In this document: one piece after another, positions 63,939 to 64,000 of the stretch
Layout: the number at the start of each line of letters is the position of its first letter
Position numbering within the stretch: position 1 is the stretch's first letter
Assembly (NCBI GenBank): GCA_051251915.1
Contig: JBPOGF010000021.1
Location: 13,513-77,512, forward strand
Length of the DNA: 64,000 nt
Source: Akkermansiaceae bacterium
GTDB taxonomy: Bacteria > Verrucomicrobiota > Verrucomicrobiia > Verrucomicrobiales > Akkermansiaceae
Direction: 5' to 3'
Notes under the pieces: generated by a model
What the model was told of the DNA's origin: nothing
Seen by the model: the letters and a program-made list of their open reading frames with translations, nothing else
The model's database searches: none
Translations under genes and position numbers: made by a program

Positions 63939-63996
63939 ATAGAGCACACCGAAGCTCTTAGTAATACTCTGTAGCGTTGCCTCATAATTAGGACAC
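63927..63996. repeat. Imperfect 21-bp direct repeat at the window edge
   Basis: GTTGCCTCATAAATAGAGCAC (63927-63947) and GTTGCCTCATAATTAGGACAC (63976-63996). Confidence 0.6.
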
Positions 63997-64000
63997 TCTA

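Noticed and set aside
63927..63996. CRISPR array
   Set aside because: Only two imperfect 21-bp copies and no cas genes in the window; kept only as an unexplained repeat

Overview
Bacterial chromosomal window, most likely Verrucomicrobiota (inferred from a PEP-CTERM gene, a three-gene pseudopilin cassette, an ECF-sigma/Ser-Thr kinase pair and TGTTC-N4-GAACA LexA boxes upstream of recA). It is mostly core or housekeeping DNA: cinA, sbcDC, recA, mgtE, topB, pyrE, hisI, pheS, prc. It also holds a complete sigma54-preceded urea uptake and urease cluster (porin-urtABCDE-ureABC-ureEFGD plus a His-rich mini-protein). Best candidate for an undescribed system: a PAS-AraC-associated operon (10.3-15.0 kb) joining the function-unknown TIM-barrel/Tm-1(UPF0261) pair to LsrE-like, SDR and LsrF-like enzymes, with no LsrK or LsrG in the window. 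Other highlights: an exported ORF with an in-frame TGA in a CxxU context followed by a SECIS-like hairpin; an orphan carboxyltransferase with an unrecognised C-terminal half; a hairpin that is a near copy of the 5' end of a neighbouring gene; and very strong orientation-independent C>G skew. No rRNA, tRNA, CRISPR array or transposase was recognised. All calls come from motif recognition by eye; no searches were run.
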